A stretch of 61,787 nt of DNA, filler included, from Asterionella formosa (taxonomy: Eukaryota), in assembly GCA_002256025.1 (NCBI GenBank). It is 7 parts of 7 records of this genome, joined end to end, with 100 filler letters (N's around TTAATTAATTAA, not from the genome) between each part and the next. Parts side by side here need not be neighbours in the genome. Positions count along the whole stretch, not along the records: positions 8,847 to 17,591 come from NKIB01011713.1; positions 17,692 to 26,433 come from NKIB01011727.1; 5 more parts are not named here. One strand, written 5' to 3'. Position 1 is the first letter of the stretch; each line of letters opens with the position of its first letter. Positions 12,870 to 24,809 of this stretch are shown in pieces. The translations under genes were made by a program, and so were the position numbers. The notes below the pieces were generated by a model. The model saw only the letters and a program-made list of their open reading frames with translations, did no database searches and was not told the DNA's origin.

Positions 12870-14033
12870 ATGATGTTATCCCGCTGCGCTCTTGCCGCTT
12901 CACGACGCCTGCGACCCATGGTGGCGTGTTGTGTGGCGAGTCCTCGTGTTTACAGTTCCACGCCTAGTTTACTCAAGAAGAAGAAGAAGAAGGAAGACGA
13001 ATTTGAACTGCCACCGCCCTACGAAGGGATCCAGATGATGAATACCAACATGACGCAAGAGGAAGCTACTAAAATCATTGAAGAGGAACTTGCCAGAATG
13101 GAAGAAGAAAGGATTGAAAAGCTGTATTTAAATTGGAAGCCCGGAGAGCGCAAGCGACCTCTCGATGTCACCTTCAATTTGGAAGACTTTGAAAATGAAG
13201 GCCTTCCAAAGTGGACTCCTCTAACCAGGCGTTGCGGAGGTCTCGCTATCAAGGCGGGCATGATGCCAATCTGGGATGCTTGGGGTGAACGACACCCATG
13301 CACCATTCTATTTATGGATTCAAACATTGTCATTGGACACAAAACTATGGAGAGGAATGGGTACATGGCGTTGCAAGTAGGGGCGGGAGAACGAAAAAAG
13401 AAAAACGTACCCCGACCGGAACTAGGACAGCTCAAACATCTACCAGCGCTTTTGGAAGCACCACCTTATGTCATGCGAGAGTTTAGAATTTCAGATGAAT
13501 CATACATGATTCCTATTGGCACTCATGTGCACGCACGCCACTTTGTACCTGGTCAAAATATCGACGTTGCGGGACTTTCCAAAGGAAAAGGATTTCAAGG
13601 TGGTATGAAGCGACATGGGTTTGGTGGCATGCCCGCCTCTCACGGAACATCCAAATCGCACCGAAACATTGGATCAACTGGTTCGTGCCAAGATCCAGGC
13701 AAAGTGTTCAAGGGCAAGAAAATGCCGGGCCGAATGGGCGGAAAACGAGTTACGGCCCAGAATTTACGTGTCCTTAAGGTGGATCGAGGGAGAAACTTGC
13801 TGTACGTGAGAGGCGCCGTTCCTGGTCCCAGAGGAGCCTTTGTGGAAGTGAGAGATGCCTTCAAACGACCCTTTTTTGCAACAGACAGGGTTTTGGACTC
13901 AATTAAAATGCCACCATTGCCCACCTTTGAGTTTGATGAACGGGATGGGAACTGTGAAGCTGGATTTGAAGAATTTATGCCTTTGCAATTGTCAGATCCA
14001 TTGCTCCCTAATGATAATCAAGTGGCTGCGTAG
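12870..14033 (+). CDS. MRPL3: Mitochondrial ribosomal protein uL3
   Basis: GLSKGKGFQGGMKRHGFGGMPASHGTSKSHR, GKVFKGKKMPGRMG, VRGAVPGPRG; Arg/Ser-rich presequence. Confidence 0.96.
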   Translation: MMLSRCALAASRRLRPMVACCVASPRVYSSTPSLLKKKKKKEDEFELPPPYEGIQMMNTNMTQEEATKIIEEELARMEEERIEKLYLNWKPGERKRPLDVTFNLEDFENEGLPKWTPLTRRCGGLAIKAGMMPIWDAWGERHPCTILFMDSNIVIGHKTMERNGYMALQVGAGERKKKNVPRPELGQLKHLPALLEAPPYVMREFRISDESYMIPIGTHVHARHFVPGQNIDVAGLSKGKGFQGGMKRHGFGGMPASHGTSKSHRNIGSTGSCQDPGKVFKGKKMPGRMGGKRVTAQNLRVLKVDRGRNLLYVRGAVPGPRGAFVEVRDAFKRPFFATDRVLDSIKMPPLPTFEFDERDGNCEAGFEEFMPLQLSDPLLPNDNQVAA

Positions 14034-15185
14034 GAACTTTTCATCAACATCGACAACACCACACAAATTCCATGGAATAAGGAATGGAAGAGTTGCATCC
14101 CAAAATATAACTTAATACTCAAGATTTAAGAAGGTTACATTACCATTCTTTGGATATTTGCTATATTGGGCTATAATTGGTTAGTAAGTAGCGCCCAGAG
14201 TTATAATAACATCAAGTCAACACAAAACTTAGCAAGGCTTAAGTATGGAGGGTCAAAATCATAAACCAGACACCAACACAGAAATGCTGAATGCACCACA
14301 CACAAAAGAGGTTTCTTCTGAGAATTGCAAGTCAACGACAACAATTTGGAGCAGCTCTGGTCAATTTTTCATTTTAAAGACTCATAGATTGGTTCAATAC
14401 AAGTATGCATAGTATAAAAATGATTTCTTTGTAGAGAAGGATTCAGTCATCATTTCAGCCCTTCATTCATAACCGGTAGTTACTAACCTGTAAGGGAACT
14501 GCAAGATACGCTGATGCACAGGAGGGATAATCTATGTATAACCCCACGGCAGAACTACATCCAACTGCACAACAACTAGGAACATAAGATAGGGGAACCA
14601 AGGATATCAGTAATTTTCTTTGCATAGCACAATGTAATTTCTCAGTGGAAAATGATACAGGAATTCTATGAAAGGAAAGAAAGCATGTGACAAATACCGG
14701 TAGTGAAGGGATCATTGGAGTCGATCTAACACGATTGACTACAACTGATGCATATGATTCTGCTCCAAATACTGTGTGATCGCTCTAGTAACTGTGAGGG
14801 CTGCAAAGGACCGCATCATTACTTTGTTGGAAGGGATACACGATGACAAGATGACGATTGATCTAGAAGTTGAAAAGATCTAAAGTTGGAGCTTAGTCTA
14901 TTAGCTATAAAGAAGAGCTCACAAAAATAAAGAAGAAAATGAGTTTCTAACATATTGTTGTCAAATCTTAATCTCACTTTTGTAGATGATATGATGCACA
15001 TAATAGTGCCAGATGATGAAATGGGGGGGGATCAAGATTGTTGTTGAAATCATTCCCTGATGATGTGTACTATGATGCATTGTAGTTAAACTACACAATC
15101 ATTTCACTTATACTAGTCTTAGACTTGCAATTTCATTGCAGGATTAAGAATTCATCAACCACATCAACGAATGATTCTTTACTCT

Positions 15186-16948
15186 AAACTATGAGTTTGA
15201 TTACTCTGAATCAATATTATTGTTTAAGCCTAGTAGCTCGAACTGCTGCATTCAAGAAGTGCGGTACGTGACCTGGTAGACTATTACTGGTATGTACAGT
15301 TCGATCAGAGCAACAAGTAAAAAACGCAATCACAAACTGAGATTTTACATCATGATAAGCCTTATGTACATAGTAATGCCACCCTCTGTTCAACTACAGT
15401 ACCCCTGATATCATAGTTGCAACCAAACTTTACGGCTTGGCCAATCATGAAGCACAAGCTCAAATAATTCCCGGCAAACAGCCCTTCCTATTTAAAATTG
15501 TTCCGAACTGAATGGTGTACTAGTATTATATAGTATAAGTTGTAATAAGTAGTCTAGAATTAGGCGAACCTGTAGTAGAGGTGCCCACCTTGCCTGATTT
15601 TTCGACTTTTCCATTCATTGAAGAGGCCTGCTCAAAGGAGAAAAGGTAAGCAATAAAATTGGCTGATCGATTTACATGATCAATCTGCGTTAAGCTCAAT
15701 CCTGTTTAATAGTGTAGTTCAATAACATATCATTCTTCATTGTCTGTATTCTTTCCCTGCAACACATTTTTGTTGTTGTCTCTACTACTGGTGCGCTTTG
15801 AGGACAATCCACTCTTCAGTCATTTTAATGGTGAATTCAACAAGAATTCTTATTGGTACAGGTTTCTGTTCTCCAAGCCGCGTAAGTCATAATGTTACAC
15901 CCAAGTTGGTGATTTGAAGGCGCCAACATAGTCTCCATCCACCTTTCATGAAAGGTGATCATCTTACCCACAGCATTAGCTAGTAGGGGAAACTCCAACT
16001 GCCTAGGAAGGTGGTTTTATCCACATCCTTAAATGAAAATCTCTGTAGAGGCAATATTTATTTTCGGCACGAGATGATGCTGGCTACGGGTGCATCGGTT
16101 AGAATATTACATTTAGCTAGGCGTGTATAAGAACGCCAAATAGCAATACATTTGGATCATTTTAGACTCTTGATTTTTGTTGGCCAGCATACTGACCTTT
16201 CCATGTGTTTGTAATATCGGCTATTACTACCAAAGAAGTATAGCTAATTAAACTAAAGAGCATACGTTTCTGGACAAAAAATATTTCATTCTACAGACGT
16301 CGAATAATATAGCTAAAGTTTGATGCACGCCCGGATTAATGACAAGCTGGCCATCCATGTCAACAGTCTCATCAGCCTCCCTTTTCAGGTTTGCAAAGCA
16401 AGCAAATGGCGATGTATTGTGCACCACTGCTCTGATGTCAAATCCTTCTCCTTATGTCGATTAAGGAACACAGAGTCAACTTAAAAAAGGGGGGGGCGGG
16501 GGTTCTGGAGCATACATTCCAATCGGGACTCGATTCTACAAGAAACGCGCCAAAAAATGGAAGTCAGCTTCGCCTAATTCTAGACTACTTATTACAACTT
16601 ATACTATATAATACTAGTACACCATTCAGTTCGGAACAATTTTAAATAGGAAGGGCTGTTTGCCGGGAATTATTTGAGCTTGTGCTTCATGATTGGCCAA
16701 GCCGTAAAGTTTGGTTGCAACTATGATATCAGGGGTACTGTAGTTGAACAGAGGGTGGCATTACTATGTACATAAGGCTTATCATGATGTAAAATCTCAG
16801 TTTGTGATTGCGTTTTTTACTTGTTGCTCTGATCGAACTGTACATACCAGTAATAGTCTACCAGGTCACGTACCGCACTTCTTGAATGCAGCAGTTCGAG
16901 CTAGGCTTAAACAATAATATTGATTCAGAGTAATCAAACTCATAGTTT
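15186..16948. repeat. Near-perfect inverted repeat of about 380 bp (15186-15568 / 16569-16948) around a 1.0-kb spacer
   Basis: Arms match by eye apart from a 3-bp indel (gcctagtagctcg vs gcctagctcg). Confidence 0.92.
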
Positions 16949-17089
16949 TCACTAGTAAAATACATACGTATAACTTTTTACGGAGCTTTTCACAGTTGGA
17001 CACCTTCGCCATACTACATGCAAGAGAAAATACCTTATATTCTTGGAATCCAATACAAGGTGAAAAATAATTTACCAAAACAATAAGGT

Positions 17090-17591
17090 TGAACTGTATA
17101 AATAGTGCACTGCTTTTTCTTTGATGATATCATTTTGGCCGCAATGTTTGCATTGTCGATTTGTGTTGCTGATTATATTTGTTGCCTCCTGAGCTTCCGT
17201 TACTAATGCCACACTAGATCCGTAGTAAGTCTTACCCATTTTATTGTCATGCCTTTCTTGTTTCACACTTTCAACATTTGCAGCATATACCTTTTCTTTT
17301 CCTTCTTAATTGCGACTTGTATTGTGCATTCACTTTTTATCGCTTCTCATTTGCCTCCAGAATGATTTGGTGTGTTGACATTTCCATTCCACATCATTTG
17401 CATACTTTATTGTGCATTGAGATGCATAGTCATAGCAGCCAAACAAGTGGTTGATTGGTGCCTTGGAGGAATTGCTAAATTTGTTCAAGGATAGGTTCCG
17501 ATTTTTCTTTATCCAAGCTCTGTAATAAATCATTAGCCGGAGGCAATCTGCTTATGAAGGGCATTCTAAACATACTGGGCCATTTGAGTTA
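17090..17591 (-). mobile_element. Possible degenerate Mutator-like transposase remnant
   Basis: Fragments YRAWIKKNRNLSLNKFSNSSKAPINHLFGCYDY and GKTYYGSSVAL..CKHCGQND resemble MULE-like C-terminal parts; heavily decayed. Confidence 0.3.
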
Positions 17592-17691
17592 NNNNNNNNN
17601 NNNNNNNNNNNNNNNNNNNNNNNNNNNNNNNNNNNTTAATTAATTAANNNNNNNNNNNNNNNNNNNNNNNNNNNNNNNNNNNNNNNNNNNN
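17592..17691. other. Artificial contig linker
   Basis: Same N/TTAATTAATTAA/N linker. Confidence 0.99.
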
Positions 17692-18277
17692 CGCTTTAAA
17701 GCGTGTTGAAATGGTCCGTACTCCTTCCCGCGGGTTGGGTCTCTCTTCACGTAGACTCTTACGTGATCGTAGTACTACCTAGTACCACTCACTTTCTCTC
17801 TTGTCTCTGCTTCTAGCCTTCCTGCTAGATAGACTAATTGACCTTCCTGTCAATTAACACACTGTTTCCTCGGTTGATAATCTAAATCTCAAATTAAATT
17901 ATAAGCTAAACTAAATGTTTCCTTTCCACGCATCTTTGCTTCCTGCAAAGTCATTCTAAGACTCTCTTCGAGTTTCCACTTAACATTTCCATAGAAATCT
18001 TCAATCTCTGATCTCGTTAGACAGCTGATTGACGTGGCAATGCAATATTCGACTCGTTCGATTACAATCGAGTCCACAATCCTTGTGACTCGGGCTAATA
18101 TTCTTGACAGAATTGCTGGAATGCATCTTTGTCTCAAAAATTCAGTACCAGATAACAGCGGAAAGTAATTGTCGTTGTCGTTTCCATCACTAGGTGGTAC
18201 ACTCAAATCACACTCTTCGTTATGTCTCCAAAATTCAGCACAACACGAAAAATAAAGCGTTCTTTCATAAATCAAAC

Positions 18278-21200
18278 ATGGCGATGAATATCGCCCCTAC
18301 TACTGCTTCATTCACCCGTACCCACCATCATGCTCAAATTGTAAATGAGCATGGCGTACAAGCAGAGTACGCAAGGAATGGACTCTGTCCTTATCATCCA
18401 GACATTCAGCTTCGCAAAAAGAAATGGAATGGAGTTTGGAAGACTTTGCAAACGCGCTGCCCTAGATGCGATGGCATGCAATCTCCTTCTTTGCCAGCAA
18501 CACACTCTCAGCCTTCAACCCAAATTCCAACCACTTCAATTTCGTCTCCGATTGCTGAGATTCTTTCAAAGATGAGAAATAATGAGCAGGATGCTAACAT
18601 TCAAAAAGAAGAACTCTTTGAACTTCAGAAGTTGGCTGCGAATGACGAAAACCACAGGGTTACGATTGCTGAAGCAGGAGGTATCACTACGATTCTGTCT
18701 GCAATGAAGACTCATTCCTCAAATGCTAATGTGAAACACTATGGTTGTGGAGCACTTGCCATCTTGGCTGCAATGAATGACAACAAGGTGACGATTGCTA
18801 ATGAAGGAGGTATCACTACGATTCTTTCCGCAATGAATAATCATTCCTCCAATGTTGAAATGCAATACTTGGGTAATGGAGTACTTGGGATCTTGGCTGA
18901 GAATCAAGACAACCAGGTAAAGATTGCTGAAGTAAAAGGAATCACTACAATTCTGTCTGCGATGAAAACATATCATTCCAATGTTGAAGTGCAATACTTG
19001 GGTATGGCAGCACTTATGAACTTGGCTGAGAATCAGGACAACCAGGTGAAGATTGCTGAAGCAGGAGGTATCACATTGATTCTGTCTGCAATGAAGACTC
19101 ATTCAGACAATGCTAAAGTGCAAGAATATGGTTGTAAAACACTAGAGAACTTGGCTTTGATGACAACAACAAGGAAGAAATTGTTAAAGCTGGTGGGATA
19201 GGCGCAATTGAGTCTGCTATTCAAATTCATGCATCTAATTCAGATGTGAAAGAATATGGTAACAGAGTTCTTCTCATATTGACCACAACCCAAAATCCAA
19301 CCAATTCAATTACGTCAAAGATTGCTGACATTCAAGAAGAAGGTCTCATGAAGTTTGCGAACTTGGCTTTGAATGACAACGACAATGTGACAATTGCTGA
19401 AACAGGAGGGCCTACTGCCTTTTCATTGAAAATGCCTAGATGGGAAAAATCTGTCAAACGGTTGAAAGCGAATGATCCAAGTTTGACTATCCTTAGACTC
19501 CATATTAATTCAATTGGTAATGACGGAGCCAAGGCCATTGCAGAGGCTCTCAAGGTCAATACTGTCTTGACTAAACTTTATTTCAGTTATAATTCAATTG
19601 GTTATGACGGAGCCAAGGCCATTGCAGATGCTCTCAAGGTCAATACTGTCTTGACTAAACTTGATGTAGATTATAATTCAATTGGTAATAATTTACTAAA
19701 TGATATTCAAAAACTGGTTGATGGAAACAAGAATCGCAAACCAACAGCAGCCAACACAACTCAGCCAACATCATCAAAAACAACAACAAATGCAGCACAT
19801 CCTTCTTCCCCAACAACTCCAACACCAAGCAGTAACAATCCAACTGATCCCATTGTCGAAGATAGGTTTTTAACTAATCAACAACAGGAAGGCGCCAATG
19901 CAAAAGGAGACAATGAGCACATTGTACATGAGAATCTAGTCAAGCTAATGGCAAAGACGCAAGAAGACAATGAACGTATTAAGATTCTCATTGAATCTTT
20001 TGAAGACAAGAAGTCAAATCAAGCATTTAGTTTTCAACTCACAACCAAGCATCAGGAAATATTGAATATATTACTTGAAAAAACAAGCCAGGATTCTGAC
20101 GATCAGGAGGAACAAAAGGCAATCCTTTCTTGTAAGAAATACAGTGAGTTCTATCTAGAACTTTTTGGCAAACTAATCTGTATGATTGGAGCTTGTGAGG
20201 ATCTTTCCTCAGACATGGTGACAGGTAAAAAAAAGGTTCTGTACGCTCATATATCACCAACCTTTTTCTTAGCAATGGTGGAGTTGAGCTGATCAAGAAC
20301 ACCAAAACTGGTGCACTTGTTGCTACTGCCATCGAAGTTGTTAAGAAAAACGTACCAGTCCCTGGTGCGCATACAATTTTGTCTTTCCTTCAGATGATTG
20401 TTCAACTCAAAGAGAGTCGAGATCAGTGGCTGGGTGTTGCTAATGTTGCAGATTTTGCCACTCTAGCTTCCCTGAAGAGAAACAATTATGTATCATACAA
20501 ATATGATGTGGAGTGCTTTGCTAGAATAATGGTACGGGCATTGCATGCTAACAAAACATTTGGCACCATTGATGACAAGTTTGGGAATTTCAAGACACGC
20601 ATGCTGCTGTTGCTGGCTGAGAAAGCAAACACACCGGCAAGGGAGAAAGGATGTGCAGTTGCTGACTGTGCTCTTGCTCACATAATGAAGCCAGGAGTAG
20701 ATACTCCTCTCTACAATCTTTTGATAGTTTCAATTTCGAGATAAACCTGCATGAATGTCTTGCTGCAAATACCTTGAACATGGCCATTGATGAAGTTAAG
20801 AAACTACCAAAGATTCAACTTCCGAATACAGTCACTACCATGAAAGGAAATAATGGTTCTCTTTTGAATCAAGACATCAAATCCTGCGTAACTGACAAAA
20901 CGAAAGTGGTCAGTGATAAAGATGCCTTGATCACCCCAGGATCTAGAGGTGTTGATGTGGATTCTCTTGCTGCAAAAGTTAAGAGGTTGAAAGATTCTCA
21001 AAAGCAATACTCCCAGAGGTTGAATGATGCTCTTGCAGATAGAGCCAAACTTGAGCATGAATTAGATTTGGTTAAAAAAGGATCCAGTGAAGTTGATGTT
21101 GATTCTCTCGCTGCAGAAGTGAAGAGATTGAAAGATTCTCAAAAGCAACATTCCAAGAGGTTGAATGATGCTCTTGAAGATAGAGCCAAACTTGAGCGTA

Positions 21201-21472
21201 AATTAGATGCACTTGACCAAAATGTGGCCAAGATGAAGCCCACACCACAAAGTGATGGCGGTCTAATGTATGCAGATCATCGTGAAGCTTACAAGGATGA
21301 TGAAGTTTGTAGGATTACTCAGGACATGTATGAGCTGAAGGACCAAACAACATTGCATTGTGAAGAAATTTCCGCACTTAAGAATATGATAGCAAAGCTG
21401 CAGGAAGATGATGGCACAAAGATGGAAAAACAGCCAAAACGCTCAATATTTCGGAGGAAGCAAGTGCATTAA
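18278..21472 (+). pseudogene. Interrupted Zn-ribbon-like / ARM-repeat / RI-type LRR / coiled-coil protein
   Basis: CPYH..CPRC; about 5 ARM units (IAEAGGITTILSAMKTHSSNANV..GCGAL); 28-aa LRRs (NSIGNDGAKAIAEALKVNTVLTKL); frame breaks at ~19160, ~20240-20290 and ~20710 join ORFs 18194, 19246, 20379 and 20774. Confidence 0.8.
20949..21209 (+). repeat. Internal coding duplication, coiled-coil unit VDVDSLAAKVKRLKDSQKQ..DRAKLE x2
   Basis: Two near-identical units of about 120 nt visible in DNA and protein. Confidence 0.85.
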
Positions 21473-22077
21473 GTGATATGTTATCTGTTTTCTTGATGAA
21501 GTCATGATAAAAATTGATTAAGATATAACTGCATTGATATTACATGCCTCATTGAAAGTAGTAGTAGTTGTTGTTGTTGTTGTTGCTGTAGTAGCAACAG
21601 CTTTCTCCCTTCCGGCATGTTGCAATGTCAGTTCTCGTCGAGTAGTACCCTTTTGTTCACCATGATCATGAACATGAACATGACGACTACGGCGTATTTT
21701 TGCTCCTTCTTCATGTTTTACTGCAGCATCAGCAGGAGTTGTATCATGAATGATGCCTCCTTTACGTGTATGCTGGTGGGTCGAGCCAAGATGGATCTGA
21801 TGTTACTTTCCTGTCTCAATAGCCGGAATCGCTCATCCGTCACTGCAAAGAGTCGTCTCGTGCTTCAGTGTCAGTGTCAATAGCTACCGGTAGTGCATCA
21901 TCCCATATCATTCGAAGAACCAGGACTTTATCTTTATGGAACACAAAAAGATGGAAAGCAACAGCGAGTCGGTTTTCCGTACATTTGGCTATCTAACAAT
22001 AAACAACTTCAATTACATTCAAGATGAGATTGACAATGGTTTGACTATCATCTGGAGGGAAAACAGTAACAGAGGAA

Positions 22078-22810
22078 TTGGAAAGATGTGTCAAATGGTT
22101 GAAAGAAAATGATCCAAGTTTGACTGAACTTCTTAGTCTCAGTTATAATTCAATTGGTGATGATGGCGCCAAGGAAATTGCATTGCTGGCCGTCTTGGTC
22201 AATGCTGTCTTGACCACACTTTTTTATCTTGGAGGTAAATCTATTGTTGTTGATCATGCCAAGGCCATTGCAGAGGCCCTCCTCACGGTCAATACCATCT
22301 TGACTGCACTTGATCTCAGTATGCTACTATATCTCAATGGTAATTCAATTGGTAATGAGGGTACCAAGGCCATCATAGCTGAGGCACTCAAGGACCATAA
22401 AGTCTGGATTTCACTTTTTGTCAAGTGAAATCCAATTCATGATGATAATTTATTAACAAAATTTGAGGGACTTGTTAGTAATCTAAACAAGAACTGTATC
22501 CACAAGGTCAATGCTGACTTGACTATGGAAGAAATTACAACAATTATGCCTTCTATGATGATGATTTCTTTAGTCAATGCTGCGGGGCGAGAAGAAGAAG
22601 ATCTCATTAAGCTTCAGAACTTCGCTGTGAATAATGACAATAACAAGTTGATGATTGCTAAAGAAGGAGGTATCACTACAGTTTTGTCTGCTATGGAAGA
22701 ACATCCAAAGAATGCTACTGTGCAAGAATCTGGTTGTTCAATACTTGGGAACTTGGCTGTGACTTACAACAAGAGAGCGACTATTGCTGCAAATAAAGGT
22801 ATCACTATGA
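22078..22810 (+). pseudogene. Degenerate LRR + ARM paralog
   Basis: LKENDPSLTEL..NSIGDDGAKEIA, NSIGNEGTKAI; then IAKEGGITTVLSAMEEHPKNATVQESGCSILGNLA; stops and indels. Confidence 0.75.
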
Positions 22811-23087
22811 AGAATCTGATATCAAATGAGAATGATACTGTGCAGTACTCTATGGTTTCACAGCACTTCAGATGGTTGCACAACACGTCAGAAATTGGTG
22901 TGAATACTGACCAAAACAAGTTGAGATGGTATCACTACAAGCTAACCCTAACCCAAGCTACAGGCGAAAAGTACAATACTGGTAGTCTCAGTACTTTTTG
23001 GCAAATTGAGTAATCACCCCCCCCCCCCCATGTCATTGGATAATTGTCATTGTAGCTCCTTCCTTTACCTAACCCTAATTATTTTGG

Positions 23088-23693
23088 CTATTTAAATGAT
23101 GTAAGCTCTTGGTGATCGAAAACAGACAGAGCTGGCTCAGGAATGACATCAAAGAACCCAAGAAGGAGCTCTGTCAATTGAGGACGAACTCGATCCAACA
23201 TGCGATACTTGAGGTTAGCTTCCAAGTAGTTATAAATGTTTTCATTTGTTACTTCTTTCATAGAAACACCAGGAATAAGTTCTACCTCCTTGCGGATACC
23301 AAGAGTCTCTTCAGTAGCAGTGAAATCAACACATGTCATTGAAATATCCTCCATATTAGAGAGCTTCTTTAGAGACTTGTAATACTCATCATCCTCATGC
23401 TCTAAATCTTGAAAGGTAATTGGCAAGCCCATCAGATGTTTGTAGAGATGACTGACCAGATCTCCTTTCATAAGTTGCCGATCAAAGAGTGCTCGGCCCA
23501 TGACATGGCCAAGGAATCGATAATAGACAAGGTAATCATCATGGCAGGATATATCTGTATCATGGGAAGGAGGATTTATTTATGATGTGAATAATAGCAA
23601 AAAATTGATCCAAAACAACATAGCTACAACCATGACTCACTGCTTGGTGGATTAATGGTCATGCACACTTGATTGTGTGCCGAGGACAACCAT
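23088..23693 (-). pseudogene. Internal fragment of a NEDD4-like HECT E3 ligase with a retained intron (23555-23640)
   Basis: YYRFLGHVMGRALFDRQL..LYKHLMG..ITFQDLE..VELIPG..VTNEN..LLGFFDVIP..VFDHQEL; splicing GTGAGT..CAG gives in-frame INPPSNISCHDD; N-terminus and catalytic C-lobe absent. Confidence 0.85.
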
Positions 23694-24219
23694 TACCAAA
23701 AAGTGCAGTCCCTCCCTTTTCTTTGGCTGCTCGGTTGACTTCCATTACTTCTGGAGCCATGGTTGAAGCTACCTCTCCAGCCAGATAATCTTTTGAAGCT
23801 GTGAGTGAGGCTCCTGGTCGTAACGTTTCCGAGGGTCTCCATCGATGACGTCGTCTCGTTGAGCCCAGGAAGATGTATCTGATTGTAAGTGACTGGTTCT
23901 GCTGCTACGACACTGAGGCGACCGTGAGATATCAGGAGTAGTTGCTTATTGGCGCTGGTGTTGATTAGAATTCGAGTACGCAAATTGAGAAACGGAATCC
24001 AGAATCAGCTTGGATGTAATGCTTGATGTCGAAATCGAGCATCACATCATCAGCATATCACTCACACCGGGAGCGGTTTACTGTGCCACTATCGCCAACC
24101 CTGTAATTCGTCCGACGGATGGTTGCTCAATCGTTGCTGAATAGCTATGTATGATACTTCAATTTAATTGGTGTACCTGTTGGCTTCGCTCTTTCCCGGA
24201 CTGTCATTTCATTCTGTGA

Positions 24220-24642
24220 CGCGTGACCCTAAGGACAAAACGGAATCATCCTTTCTGTCGACGGAACAAACACAGTTCCCGATTCATACAGCACTTATTG
24301 CATATGAACAAACCAAGGACACAGTCCTAACAAATAAAATGCAGGCGGACAAATCCTCCTGCTTCACCAAACGTGTGATTGAAGGGAATGCAGTCATTAT
24401 GCACAGGGAAAAAATGTATGTGCCCCACTCCCTTACACAACGCACCTTGGCATGGTATGATGAATACCTAAGTCACCCAGGCTCCACCCGTACCGAGCAG
24501 ACGCTCCGACGTCACTTGTACTGGCCGGGTCTAACTAGAGACACGTTACGACATTGTAAATATTGTCGTACGTGCCAGTTGCAAAAAAAGCAACGAAAAA
24601 AAATGGCATATTGCCCCCCAAGGTGGCTGAGTACCAACCCTG
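24220..24642 (+). mobile_element. Ty3/gypsy pol fragment (integrase zinc-binding region)
   Basis: KMYVPHSLTQRTLAWYDEYLSHPGSTRTEQTLRRHLYWPGL..CRTCQLQK, then GILPPKVAEYQP. Confidence 0.85.
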
Positions 24643-24809
24643 TGTTGAGGGGAACCTTATCGTGGAAAAAGGTGAACTACAATATTATGACTATTCTATT
24701 GCTGTTCCAAGTACATCGTTGTTAGCACTCACGCATGTACCTAATCTGGTGGCTGCATCGGTATGGTTCATACGGCGCATGTATGGAGCATCATATGCAG
24801 ATATTAACA
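24643..24809 (-). repeat. Putative 3' LTR (TGTT...AACA, 167 bp) after a PPT-like GGTGAGGGTG
   Basis: Minus strand reads ggtgagggtg|TGTTAATATC ... CCCCTCAACA| followed by gypsy sequence. Confidence 0.7.

Noticed and set aside
21558..21593. (GTA)n(GTT)n tract
   Set aside because: Ordinary short microsatellite
22942..23078. Telomere-like CTAACCCTAACCC / CCTAACCCTAA
   Set aside because: Only about 2 units each, too short to call interstitial telomere
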